Positions 21,253-31,670 of a DNA stretch of 64,000 bases are shown one piece after another (position 1 is the first letter of the stretch; every line of letters starts with the position of its first letter). This DNA is from an uncultured Acidobacteriota bacterium (GTDB lineage Bacteria; Acidobacteriota; Vicinamibacteria; Vicinamibacterales; UBA2999), in the NCBI GenBank assembly GCA_963713655.1, contig CAVQMT010000044.1:6686-70685 (forward strand). Direction: 5' to 3'. The notes beneath the pieces were generated by a model. That model was not told where the DNA came from. It worked only from the letters and a program-made list of their open reading frames with translations, and did no database searches. Position numbers and translations under genes: made by a program.

Positions 21253-21960
21253 ATGCTGACCTTGCGCAAAGCCGACGACCGCGGTCACACCGACCTCGGG
21301 TGGCTCAGCAGCTTCCACACCTTCTCGTTCGGCGGCTATACCGACCCGAACCACATGGGCTTCCGCTCGCTGCGGGTGCTCAACGACGACCGCGTGGCGC
21401 CGGGCAAGGGCTTCGGCGCCCACGGCCACCGCGACATGGAGATCCTGTCCTACGTGATCACCGGCAAGCTGGCGCACAAGGACAGCATGGGCGAGCAGCA
21501 CGAGCTGGGGCCGAACGAGGTGCAGGCGATGTCGGCCGGCACCGGCGTCATCCACAGCGAGTTCAACGGCGTGAACGACGCCGAGACGCATTTCCTGCAG
21601 ATCTGGATCGTGCCCAACGCGAAGGGGCTCAAGCCGTCGTATCAGCAGTTCGAGTACGCGGAGGCCGAGAAGCGCGGCGTGCTGCGGCTGATGGCGGGGC
21701 CCGATCGCGGCACCACGCCGCCGGCGGCGTTCATCAACCAGGACGCGCGGATGTACGCCTCCGTGCTCGCGGACGGGCAGACGCTCGAGCTGCCGGTGGC
21801 GCCCGGCCGCTACGCCTGGGTGCACTGCGTGCAGGGCGCCATCGACGTCAACGGCGTCGCGATGCACGGCGGCGACGGCCTGGCCGTCAGCGACGAGCGG
21901 GCGCTGACGATTCGCGGCGGCGCCGGCGGCGGCGAGCTGCTGCTGTTCGACCTCGCGTGA
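21253..21960 (+). CDS. Pirin family protein
   Basis: Intact 235-aa ORF. Contains RGHTDLGWLSSFHTFSF, FGAHGHRDMEILSYV and MSAGTGVIHSEFN (cupin metal-site pattern). Confidence 0.9.
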   Translation: MLTLRKADDRGHTDLGWLSSFHTFSFGGYTDPNHMGFRSLRVLNDDRVAPGKGFGAHGHRDMEILSYVITGKLAHKDSMGEQHELGPNEVQAMSAGTGVIHSEFNGVNDAETHFLQIWIVPNAKGLKPSYQQFEYAEAEKRGVLRLMAGPDRGTTPPAAFINQDARMYASVLADGQTLELPVAPGRYAWVHCVQGAIDVNGVAMHGGDGLAVSDERALTIRGGAGGGELLLFDLA

Positions 21961-21999
21961 GGGTCCTTAGGACCAGGCACCAAGGACCAGCCCAAGACC

Positions 22000-22433
22000 A
22001 TGGCCGACCCCGTCAACGTCCTGGTGGTGTTCTACTCGCGCTACGGCGCGCGCCGAGCGCCTGGCGCTCGCGGTGGGCGTCGGCGCCATCGAAGCCGAGG
22101 CCAACATCCGGCTGCGCCGGCTGCCCGACGACGCCAGCGCCGAGACGATCCAGTGCCGACGCCGCGTGGCGCGAGTCGCTCGACCGCATGAACCGCGACT
22201 ACGTGGCGCCGCGGCCCGCCGATCCGGTGTGGGCCGACGTGATCGTGCTGGCCACCCCCGCGGAATCCTCGCGCGAGGTAGAGGCCTACGTGGCGACGCT
22301 GCCCGGGCTGGGCGTCATGACCGGCAAGCTGGCGGCGCCGCTCACGCCGGGCGAGGACGGCGCGTGCGACGAGGTGTTCGTGGCGGCCGCCCGCGCCGGT
22401 CTGATCTCGGTTCCCGCGGACGCCCGCTTCTGA
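22000..22433 (+). CDS. Flavodoxin-like-fold protein (WrbA/NAD(P)H:quinone oxidoreductase-like); 2 apparent frameshifts
   Basis: VNVLVVFYSRYG N-terminus, then ADVIVLATPAESS and LAAPLTPG. Frame hops occur near 22050 and 22165. Confidence 0.55.
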
Positions 22434-22706
22434 CGCGACCGCCGACCCCGAAACCCTGACCCAGGCCCGCCTGCACGGCCAGCGGCTGGTGCAGCTGGCC
22501 CGCGCGATGAAGACCCCTTCGCCAGCGAATTAGCGCCTCCGCATCCGCTCGAAGGCGGCGCCAGGCCGCGATTGCACGCGCCTGCACGCGCGCCACGGCT
22601 CGACTGCCCTGAGCCGGCGAATTTCCCGTGCAGTTCTGGCGATTCACCGGCAGACGTGCGGTGCATCTCGTGCAGAAGTGCCACGGTCCGTGCCGATACG
22701 CAGCGC

Positions 22707-25051
22707 ATGGAACCAGCACTCTCGACTCCGCGCCCGGTGGCGCCTACCGTGTTCGAAGACGGCATCGGCGAGCGCCTGTCGGCGGTTGGCGGCGCCAACG
22801 AATCGCTGGAAGTCCTCAAGGTCAGCAACGAGCTGAGTGCGGTTTCGACCTTCGAGGGCGCCCTCCGCGAGCAGACCACGCGCCTGGCCTATTTCCGTCA
22901 CGAGGCGTTCGCCCGCGTCCGCGCCGTCGAGCGATTGGATTCACGCACCTCCACCGTGGTCGTCATCTCCGACCGTGTGCGCGGCGTCCGCCTGTCGGAG
23001 GTGCTGGCCACCGCCGAGCGGCAGGGCATTCCGCTCGAGCTGAACGCCGCGTTGTGCCTGATTCGCCAGCTGGTGTCGGCCGTGGCGGCCTTCCACGAGG
23101 CCGAACCCAACTCCTGCCACGGTGCGATCGCTCCCGAGCGGATCCTGATCACCCCCGAGGGCCGGCTGATCATGGTCGAGTACGTGCTGGGGCCCGCGCT
23201 CGAGGAGCTGCGCTTCTCGCAGGAGCGCTACTGGCGCGAGCTGGGGATCGCGGTGCCGCACACGTTCGGCCTGCCGCGCTTCGACCTGTTCGCCGACGTG
23301 ACGCAGGTGGGGGCGGTGGCGCTGGCGCTGGTGCTCGGGCGGCGTCTCGTGGTCGATGAGTACCCCGCGAAGATCAGCGAGGTCGTCGACTCGGCGATGA
23401 CGCGGCTCGAATCGGGCGAATCCGAGCCGATTCCGGTTCTGCTGCGGGCCTGGATCCGCAGCGCGCTGCAGCTCGAGCCGCGGCATTCGTTCGTCTCGGC
23501 GATTGGCGCGAAGAAGGACCTCGAGATCGCGCTGAGCCATGCCAGCCCAGACGCCGAGCGCGCGTCGCTGCGCGCGTTCCTGACCAGGTACGCAGCCGCG
23601 GTGCTGGCCGACCGCACGTCACGAGCCGCAGGCCGCGGCGCCGCCCGTGCCGATGCCGGTGGCGAGCAGCGCCCACGCCGGCGCCCTTCACGGTGTGCTA
23701 CCCCGGTTCCCGTACCGGCTCCCGTTGCGGCGCCCAGTGCCTGCCGCGGTGGCACCGCCAGCGCCTGCCCCGGCGCCTGCGGCCACGGTGCCCACGCCGA
23801 TCGCGATGGCCACGCCGTCGCGGTGCCCCGACGCCGGTGCCGGTGGCGCCAGTGCCGGTGACGCCGGTGCCGATGCGCGCCGGCGCCGGTACGCCCCCGT
23901 GTCCCAGCCGCCGTCACGCCGCCGCCGGCGGTTCCGCCGGCCCCGGCGTCCATCTCAACCTCGCCCGTCGCCGCACCCGCCGCGGCCGCCTCGGCCACGC
24001 CGTTCCGCGGCCGCGCCAGCGAGGCCGCCGGTGCAGGGCAGCGCGGCCCCGGCGCCGACGCCGTCGCGCGCCGCGACCTGTCTGGATGAACCCGTGGGCC
24101 GGCGCGGCCGCTGCCGCCCTGGTGATCGTGGCCACGCTCGGCTTTACGTTGACGCGTCCTGCCAGCGCCCCGCCGCCCGCGCAACCGGCAACGGCACGCT
24201 GACCGTCGGCACGAGCCCCGAGGGGGCCACGGTCCTCGTGGACGGCGTGAACCGCGGCCTGACGCCGCTGAACCTCAGCCTGTCTGCCGGCGAACACGTG
24301 CTCGAGCTGGTGACCAACGGCGAGCGCCGCCGCATCCCGGTCACGCTCACTTCGGGCGGCCAGGTCTCGCACTACTTCGACCTGCCGAAGACGTCGCCGA
24401 CCGGGACCGGCAGCCTGCAGATCCGCACCGACCCGCCCAAGGCGCGGGTCACGGTGGACGGGCAGCCGTTCGGTCGCACGCCCGACCGTGGTGACTGGCC
24501 TGACGCCGGGTCCGCACCAGGTGCTGCTCGAGACCGATACCGAGCGGGTCTCCGAGCAGGTGCTGATCGAGGCCGGCGGCACCGCGTCGCTGGTGGTGCC
24601 GATGAAGAGCCAGAGCCTCCTGCCCACGGGCGGCGGGTCCGGATGGATTGCCGTCTCGGCGCCAGCCGAAGTGCAGATCTACGAGAACCAGCGCCTGCTG
24701 GGCACCAGTCGCACGGATCGAATCATGTTGCCGGCGGGCCGGCACGACCTCGAGTTCGTGAACGAGTCGCTGGGTTATCGCGGGACGCGCTCGGTGGAAG
24801 TGGCCAACGGGCTGGTGGCCGCGGTGCGGCCCGAGTGGCCGCGCGGCACCGTGGCGCTGAACGCGCTGCCGTGGGCCGAAGTGTTCGTGAACGGCGAGCG
24901 GCTGGGCGAGACGCCCATCGGCGCGGCGTCCCTGCCGATCGGCGTCCACGAGATCGTGTTCCGCCATCCCGAGCTCGGCGAGCGCAGGGCCAGCGCCATC
25001 GTGACCAGTGGAGCCCCGGCGCGGCTCAGCGTGGATATGAGGGCGAAATGA
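22707..25051 (+). CDS. Pseudokinase-like domain, Pro/Ala-rich linker, TM segment and multiple PEGA domains; at least 3 apparent frameshifts
   Basis: Kinase-fold-like region with CHGAIAPERILI in place of HRDxKxxN and no DFG. The TM segment is WAGAAAAALVIVATLGFTL. PEGA-type repeats are present (GTLTVGTSPEGATVLVDGVNRGLTP, LQIRTDPPKARVTVDGQPFGRTP, NALPWAEVFVNGERLGETP). Confidence 0.65.
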
Positions 25052-25958
25052 GGAACCTGCTTCGCGCGACCGTTCTGGCCGTCGTGGCGCTGAGCGCCAC
25101 GACCGGCCGGGCGCAGGAGGCGAGCCTGGCGGCCGCCCGGGAGCTGTATGGGGCGGCTGAGTACGCCAGCGCCCTGAAGATGCTGACCACGCTGCCGGGC
25201 GCCGACACGTCGAAGGCCGACCTCCAGACCATCGACCTCTATCGTGCGCTGTGCCTGCTGGCGCTCGGCAACACCACCGAGGCCAACAAGGTGATCGAGT
25301 CGATGCTCATGCTCGACCCGCTCTACCGCCCCGACACCACCGACCTGCCGCCGCGCGTGCGCACTGCCTTCGCCGACGCCCGCAAGCGGATGCTGCCGGC
25401 GCTGGTCCAGCAGCGCTACCTGGTGGCGCGCGCCGCCTTCGAGGCCAAGAACTACGCGGCCGCGGCCGTCGGCTTCCAGGTCGTGCTGAGCGGCCTGTCG
25501 GACCCGGATCTCGGCATCGCCGAGCGCGCAGCCGCCGCTCTCCGATCTGAAGGTGCTGGCGTCGGGCTTCCACGATCTGGCTTCCAAGGCGAGCGCGCCC
25601 GTCGAGACGCCGGTCGAGGCGCCGCCGCCGGCGCCTCCCGTCCAGGAGCGGCCCGCCGGACCCGTCGATCTACGGCCCCGAGGATGTGAACGTGTCGCCG
25701 CCGCAGACAGTGCGGCAGATAGTGCCCGCGTTCCCGGGGCGCGTGCTGCTGACCGGGGCGGCGACGATGGACCTCATCATCAACGAGAGCGGGTCGGTGG
25801 ATTCGGCCACGATCGTGACCTCGCTGAACCCGCAGTACGATCGGATGGCGTTGAACGCGGCGCGGAGCTGGCAGTACAAGCCGGCGACGCTGAACGGCAC
25901 GCCGGTGAAGTACCGCAAGCGGCTCCAGTTGACGGTGGTTCCGGGCCAGACCCGGTAG
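25048..25958 (+). CDS. Signal peptide, TPR-like helical region, Pro-rich spacer and a TonB C-terminal-like domain; 2 apparent frameshifts
   Basis: The start ATG overlaps the upstream stop (ATGA). The Pro-rich spacer is PVETPVEAPPPAPPVQERP. The C-terminus PPQTVRQIVPAFPG...VDSATIV...ALNAARSWQYKPATLNGTPV is TonB_C-like. Confidence 0.6.
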
Positions 25959-25966
25959 AAGGGGGC

Positions 25967-26009
25967 GCCAGGCCCCAGGCTCCTAGGCTTTGGGCTTTGG
26001 GCCTGGGCT
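25967..26009. repeat. Degenerate heptamer array CCAGGCC CCAGGCT CCTAGGCT TTGGGCT TTGGGCC TGGGCTC at a convergent gene junction
   Basis: Direct reading. The right part encodes the SPFH C-terminal tail SSPGPKPKA on the minus strand. Confidence 0.75.
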
Positions 26010-26928
26010 CGACGCGTCGAACACGCGCATCGCCGTGGCAATCATCCCCGCGACGTCGGTGACGGTCGCCGGCACGATCACCGCATTCGCCGTGCGCGCC
26101 AGGTTGCCGAACTGCGTGACGTACTGTTCGGCGACCCGCAGCTGCACCGCGTCCCGCCCGCCTTCCGACCGAATCGCGTCGGCCACCTCGCGAATGCCTT
26201 GCGCCGTCGCCGTCGCCACGGCCCGGATCGCCGACGCCTGGCCTTCGGCCTCGTTGATCTGCTGCTGGCGGCTCGCTTCCGACTGCTTGATCACCTGCTG
26301 CTTTTCGCCCTCGGCCGAGTTGATGGCGGCATCGCGCTGGCCCTCGGACGTGCAGAATCAGCGCGCGCTTCTCGCGCTCGGCGCGCATCTGCTTTTCCAT
26401 CGCCGCCAGGATGTCCTGCGGCGGCTCGATGTTCTTGATCTCGTAGCGCAGCACCTTGACGCCCCAGGATTCCGACGCCTTGTCCAGCTCGCCCACCACC
26501 TCGGCGTTGATGCTGGCGCGTTCCTCGAACGTGCGGTCGAGGTCGATCTTGCCGACCTCGCTGCGCAGCGTGGTCTGGGCCAGCTGGGTGATGGCGAACA
26601 GGTAGTTCGAGATGCCGTAGGACGCGCGCTCCGGGTTCAGCACCTTCAGGTAGAGGATGCCGTCCACGCCCACCTGCACGTTGTCGCGGGTGATGCAGAC
26701 CTGCGCCGGGATGTCGAGCGCCTGCTCCTTGAGCGAATGCCGGTAGCGGATGACGTCCACGAACGGCACCAGGATGTGGAAGCCGGCGTTGAGCGTGGCG
26801 TGGTAGCGGCCCAGGCGCTCGACGACGAACGCGCTCTGCTGCGGCACCACGACCGCCGTCTTGAACAGGACGAACAGGATCAGCAGGGCGACGAGAATCA
26901 GGACGACGACGGTGGCTTCCACGGTCAC
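25983..26928 (-). CDS. SPFH/band-7 (stomatin/paraslipin-like) protein
   Basis: N-terminal TM segment (VVLILVALLILFVLF). Contains VVERLGRYHATLNAGFHILVPFVD, TRDNVQVGVDGILYLKV and LRYEIKNIEPP. One frame hop occurs near 26340. Confidence 0.85.
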
Positions 26929-26929
26929 C

Positions 26930-27361
26930 TCACTCCGGTCGGATGTCGAGTTCCAGGCCGTTGACGGCGACGACGCGGCAGCGTTCGCGCGCGCCGACGG
27001 CACGCTCGCTCACGTTGCGCGCGTTCCACAACGCGCCGCGCACTTCGGCCTTGCCGCGCCCGCCCGGCTCGAGCGCGATCGCGGGCAGCGCCGCGTCGCC
27101 GACGAGCGAATCCACGCTGGCCGGTGTCGCGCGCCTGCAGCCGGGCCAGGAGCGGCTGCCGGAAGAGCCGCAGCGCCACCAGGGCGACGATGGGGAAGAC
27201 CAGCCACTGCGCCCACGCCGGCTTCCAGCAGCCCGGCCACGCTGCAGCAGGCCGACCACCACCGCGCCGACGCCGAAGAAGATGATGAAGAAGCCGCCCG
27301 GCGTCGCCAGCTCGATGGCCGCGAGCACCAGGCCCAGGGCGATCCACATCCAGCCGGTCAT
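26930..27361 (-). CDS. NfeD-family membrane protein (SPFH partner); 2 apparent frameshifts
   Basis: MTGWMWIALGLVLAAIELATPGGFFIIFFGVGAVVVG, followed by a C-terminal beta domain (GRGKAEVRGALWNARN...VVAVNGLELDIRPE). It abuts the SPFH start. Confidence 0.75.
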   Translation of the reverse strand: MTGWMWIALGLVLAAIELATPGGFFIIFFGVGAVVVGLLQRGRAAGSRRGRSGWSSPSSPWWRCGSSGSRSWPGCRRATPASVDSLVGDAALPAIALEPGGRGKAEVRGALWNARNVSERAVGARERCRVVAVNGLELDIRPE

Positions 27362-27372
27362 GGCGGTTCCGG

Positions 27373-28192
27373 CTACGCGCCGGCGCGCGTCAGGCGTAAG
27401 GGCGCCGAGCCGGGCGCCGTCAGCTCGATCTCGGTGTCGCCGGCGCGGCCGGTGTAGACACGATCGCCGGCCTTGAGCGTGATGTCGCGCCCGTTCAGCT
27501 GCCCGGTGACCGGAACCGGCTTGCCGCCGACCGTCAGCGTGCCCGAGACCATCTGGAAGTCCTGCGTCAGGGTCAGCTCGCCGTCCGATGCGCGCCACCG
27601 GCCGCCCACCTTGGCCGGGACGATCCACAGGATCGCTTCGCACCATGCGGTGCAGTCGCCGCCAATCGTCTCGCTCTTGTCGGGATTCCACCCTTCGAAG
27701 CGGAACGTGTTCGACACGATCCGCGAGCCCGGCGCGAGGGCGAAGAACTTCGGCGCGCAGCTGCAGCATGTTGCTGGGCAGCAGGAAGATGGCCATCACC
27801 GTCGCCTTGGAGATGTCGGCCGCGAACATGTCGCCCTGCACGAACTGGGCGCGGTCGGCGACGCCGGCGCTCTTGGCCAGGCGTTCGGACAGGCCGACCA
27901 TGTCGGGGTTGAACTCGACCCCGAGCGCGCGGGCGCCGCGCTTGGCGGCCGCGATGACGTTGCGGCCGTCGCCCGACCCCAGGTCGATCACGAAGTCGTT
28001 GGGCCCGACCTGGGCCATGTCCATCATCTTCTCGACCAGCGCCGGCGGCGTGGGCACCCACACCACGTCCTTGCCGGGTTGGCCGACCTCGGGTTCGAAG
28101 GGTTTCGCGCCCTGTTGGGCGTGCGACGGGGCGGGTGAAACCAGCAGGGCGATGAGCGCCAGGGCCCATGCGACGGTGTAAATGCTTCGCAT
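27373..28192 (-). CDS. Signal-peptide-bearing class I SAM-dependent methyltransferase with an extra C-terminal beta-rich domain
   Basis: It has a signal peptide (VAWALALIALLVSPAPSHAQQ). VIDLGSGDGR is motif I. GVEFNPDMV and GDMF are also present. The C-terminal segment is WCEAILWIVPAKVGGRWR...TLTVGGKPVPVTGQLNG. One frame hop occurs near 27735. Confidence 0.7.
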
Positions 28193-28236
28193 GGGCCGTA
28201 TGGTAGCGCGGGATGCCCGCGCGCGGCGTTCCGAAC

Positions 28237-30087
28237 CTACCGCACGGCGTCGGACCGCGGCGGCGGTGCGGCGCTCAGCGGCGCCAGCTTGGAGGCGGCG
28301 TCCTGTGGCGAACCCGCGCCCGACTCCTGCTGCAGCATCGACACCTGGGTGGGCGCGCCGTAGGTGACTTCAACCGTCTGGCGGCGCTCGCCGAAGAGCG
28401 GATGCCGCACCAGCACTTCCCGCGTGCCCAGCGGCACCGAGATGTCGCCGAGCGGCAGCGTGCCCACGTGCTCACCCTCGACCCACACTTCGCCGCCGGG
28501 GGCACCGGCGATACGCAACTGCCCGGGAGGCAGCGTAGCCGTGTGCGTGGTCACCTGGCCGCCGGCCACGTCCAGGGTGACCTCGCCGCGGTAGTTCAAG
28601 CGCTTGTTGACCAGCTCGACGCGGCGGCGTCCGGCCGGCACCACGATCTGGCCGTCGTCGGTCGAGCCGACGCGCACGCCGTCGATGATCAGGTCGAGCG
28701 GCACGCGCGAATAGACGGTCAGGAGGCCCGACGAGGCCTTGGTCGGCGTCCACGACGGGCGTGCCGGCGGCCTGGGCGTCCCGGGCCGCGTCGCCGCGCC
28801 CGGCGCGCCGGGTGCGCGGCGCCGGGGTGGCCGGCTTCTCCGGTTCGGTGGCAGCAACTTCGGGAACGGTCTCGGGCGCCTTGGCCGGCGTGGCCGCGCG
28901 GTCCCACCACAGATAGCCGCCGGTCCCGATGATCACCACCGCGGCGGCGGCGGCAGCGGCCGCGATCCAGACCTTCCACGCCGGCGCGTCGTCGGAATCG
29001 TCCGTCGTCTCGGTGGTGCTGAAGCGTTCGCCGAAGACCGGACGCGGCGCGGGGGCCTCGACGCTTGGCGCGGCGGCGGGTTCGGCGATCGGGGCCGGGG
29101 CCTCCGGTGCCGGCTGGCGCCGCGCGGGCCGTTCCCGGTGCTCGGTGCGCAGCTTGGCCACTTCCTCCTCGAGCCGCTGGCTGTTTTCCGTGCGTGAACG
29201 CTCGCTCTCTGCCTTGAACCGGGTTTCGTTCTCCGAGCGGATGCGGGTCGCCTCGACTTCGAAGGCCTTGGCCGCCGCACGCTGGGCCGCGGCCTGGACG
29301 TCGCGCGCCGCTTGTTCGCGCGCCGCCTCGGCTTGCTGCTGCGCCTGCGTCTGCTGCCGCCTCGCCGCCTCGGCCTGCTCCCGCAGGCTGGCCAGCTCCA
29401 CCTGCAGCTTCGATTCGGTTTCGGTGCGCACGCGCGCAAGCTCGGCTTCGAGCGCGCGGGTCGCGGCGGCTTCGGCGGCGAGACGCGCTTCCTGGACGGC
29501 CGCCGCGCGCGTGACTTCGGCCTCGGCGCGGGCGCGGGCCAGGTTGGCCTCGCGGTCCCGATCGGCATCGACGCGCGACTGTCCCAGGCGTTCGGACAGC
29601 TGCCGCTCCATCTGCTCGCGCGACCGTTCCAGCTCGCGCGCCAGCTGCTGCTCGGCCTCGCGTGCGCGCGCGCGCCAGCTCGCTGGCCATCGACTCGCGC
29701 GCCGCGGCTTCGGCCTGGGCGCGGGCTTCGGCCACGGCTCGCTCGCGCTCTGCCGCGGCCGCCGCTTCATGGCTTGGCCAACTCGGCCTGCCGCTGGGCG
29801 GCCGCTTCGGCCTTGATCCGTTCGACCTCCACCGCCAGCTTCGCCTTGGCGTGCGCCTCGACGAGCGCGAGCTCGGCGGCGTGCACCTCCGGATCGATGC
29901 CGTCCTGGGCGGCTGCCGGGCCCGCCTCGGCCGCTGTCGCGGCGGCTTGACGGATGTCGGGTTGCTGCTCGCCGTTCACTTCGATGGCCATCGGGTCGAC
30001 ACCCATCGTGTTGATCAGGGAGTCGACCTCGGCGGCCATCTGCGTGTCGTCGGCGGTGTGGGAACGGCGGGGGTGGCGTGTGCTCAT
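28237..30087 (-). CDS. Long Ala/Glu/Arg-rich coiled-coil, TM segment and C-terminal PEGA domains; about 3 apparent frameshifts
   Basis: ATG 30087. It has about 250 aa of AEAEV/ARLAAEAAA/ELARVRTE heptad-like sequence. The TM segment is WKVWIAAAAAAAAVVIIGTGGYLWW. The PEGA-like segments are LLTVYSRVPLDLIIDGVRVGSTDDG and GGEVWVEGEHVGTLP. Frame hops occur near 29765, 29665 and 28740. Confidence 0.6.
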
Positions 30088-30332
30088 GTGGTCGGGCTCG
30101 GCGGATACAGAACTGGTCGTCCGGGGATGTTGCGCGCAACGCCCGTACCAGGCGTGGCCACGACGGCAAGCGTCAGAAACAGGCCGGAACTCGCGCCCAT
30201 CCGGTGCCGTGGCTCCCGCGGACGGGCGAGGGGCATTCGTGAGCACCTGCCAAATCCGTGATCGCCGGAACCCGATTTGTTACGGGGTCGGCGGCGACTG
30301 GCGCGCAGCTTTGTGCAGCCTTCCCCGGGCGT

Positions 30333-30379
30333 TACAATCGGCGGCGCAAGCGAGGCTCCGCCTCGCGTGCCCAGTTTTT
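30333..30379 (+). promoter_or_regulatory. TACAAT -10-like hexamer followed by a 7-bp hairpin and T5 run upstream of the secreted-paralog cluster
   Basis: TACAAT lies at 30333-30338. GCGAGGC-TCC-GCCTCGC lies at 30350-30366. TTTTT lies at 30375-30379. GTG 30429 is preceded by GGGGAGG. Confidence 0.25.
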
Positions 30380-30428
30380 GATTGCCAGCCCTTCGGGCGG
30401 GCGTCTAGCGTAGCGGGGAGGTAGGAAC

Positions 30429-31241
30429 GTGCGGCAACGGAAGTACGGGTTCTGGATCCTGGCGCTGGCCCTCACCTGGTCGGCGGCGGCCCCCGGCGCG
30501 CTCCTGGCCCAACAGGCCCAGGACATCCCGGCGCAGCCCCCGAGCGCGCTGGCGCCCGACAACCTGGCGAAGCCGCGCCCGGCGGCGCCGTTCAACCTGA
30601 CCGGGAACTGGTTCATCGACAACACGCCGGCGGTGCAAGGGTGGCTGTTCGGGCCCGCCGCCATCCCCAAGCTGCTGCCCGATGCCCAGAAGCACCGCGA
30701 TGCCTACGTCAAGGCGACAGCGGAGGGGAAGGTCTACCGCGACGACATCGGCCAGTGCTGGCCGGCCGGCGTGCCGATCATCATGACCCGGGTGTGGCCG
30801 ATCGCGATGATCCAGCTGCCGACCGCCATCTACATGGTCAGCGGCTTCATGAACAGCCTGCGCACCGTCTTCATGGACGGCCGCTCCCACACCGACCCTG
30901 ATATCGTCGTGCGGACGTTCAACGGCGAGTCGATCGGGCGCTGGGAGGGCGACACGCTGGTGATCGAGACCAAGAACTTCATCGACGACGAGCACCACTG
31001 GGTGGACCAGGGGGTCCGCGCCAGCGGCGAGCTGAAGATCGTCGAGCGGGTCCGGATGATCAACAACGGCCGGACCCTCGAGATCCAGATGACGCTCACG
31101 GATCCGAAGAACTGGGAAGGCGAGTACAAGGGCACCCGCCGGTGGAACCGCGTGGACGACATCGACATCGCGGAAGTGGAGTGCCTGCCAGACCTCAACG
31201 AGCATCTGCAGAGCACGTCGTCGAAAGTGCACGTCCGCTAG
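30429..31241 (+). CDS. Secreted uncharacterised protein, paralog A1
   Basis: Intact 270-aa ORF with a signal peptide (FWILALALTWSAAAPGALLAQQ). Contains LTGNWFID, GQCWPAG, VFMDGRSH and GRWEGDTLVIETKNF. About two thirds of residues are identical to the 31671-32543 product by eye. Confidence 0.7.
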   Translation: MRQRKYGFWILALALTWSAAAPGALLAQQAQDIPAQPPSALAPDNLAKPRPAAPFNLTGNWFIDNTPAVQGWLFGPAAIPKLLPDAQKHRDAYVKATAEGKVYRDDIGQCWPAGVPIIMTRVWPIAMIQLPTAIYMVSGFMNSLRTVFMDGRSHTDPDIVVRTFNGESIGRWEGDTLVIETKNFIDDEHHWVDQGVRASGELKIVERVRMINNGRTLEIQMTLTDPKNWEGEYKGTRRWNRVDDIDIAEVECLPDLNEHLQSTSSKVHVR

Positions 31242-31267
31242 GACCGCACACCAAGGAGACTGGACTG

Positions 31268-31669
31268 ATGAGAAGGACTGTTCTGTTGCCGTGCGTGCTG
31301 GCCGCGATGGTGGCCGTGCCGGTGTTCGCGCATCACTCGCCGGCGGCGTTCGACCGCACCAAGGAGGTCACGCTGGTCGGCATCGTCAAGGAGTTCCGCT
31401 GGCAGAACCCGCACACCTGGATCGAGATGAACGTGCCCGATCCCGTCACGAAGAAGGACGTGCTGTGGGGTGTGGAGCTGACCTCTCCGACCTACCTGGT
31501 GCGCGCCGGCTGGAAATCCAACCTGATCAAGCCCGGCGACAAGGTCACCGTGGTGGTCAATCCGGTTCGCAGCGGCGAGCCCTCCGGTATCTTCCGCTCG
31601 CTGACGCTGGCCGATGGCCGCACGTTCCTCGAACGGCCGGCGCGTCTCGGCACGGCCGAGTCCAAGTAA
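31268..31669 (+). CDS. Small secreted protein resembling the DUF6152 type (mature N-terminus His-His-Ser)
   Basis: Intact 133-aa ORF. The signal peptide LAAMVAVPVFA is followed by HHSPAAFD (31331-31339). Contains FRWQNPHTWIEM and KPGDKVTVVVNPVRSGEPSG. Confidence 0.7.
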   Translation: MRRTVLLPCVLAAMVAVPVFAHHSPAAFDRTKEVTLVGIVKEFRWQNPHTWIEMNVPDPVTKKDVLWGVELTSPTYLVRAGWKSNLIKPGDKVTVVVNPVRSGEPSGIFRSLTLADGRTFLERPARLGTAESK

Positions 31670-31670
31670 C

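Noticed and set aside
23228-24184. ORFs on both strands across the Pro/Ala-rich region (for example 23228..24184 - of 318 aa, and 23693..24202 +) as separate genes.
   Set aside because: They are alternative frames of the low-complexity linker of the pseudokinase-PEGA gene. Only the short TM-encoding piece of the 23693 frame (WAGAAAAALVIVATLGFTL) appears to be used.
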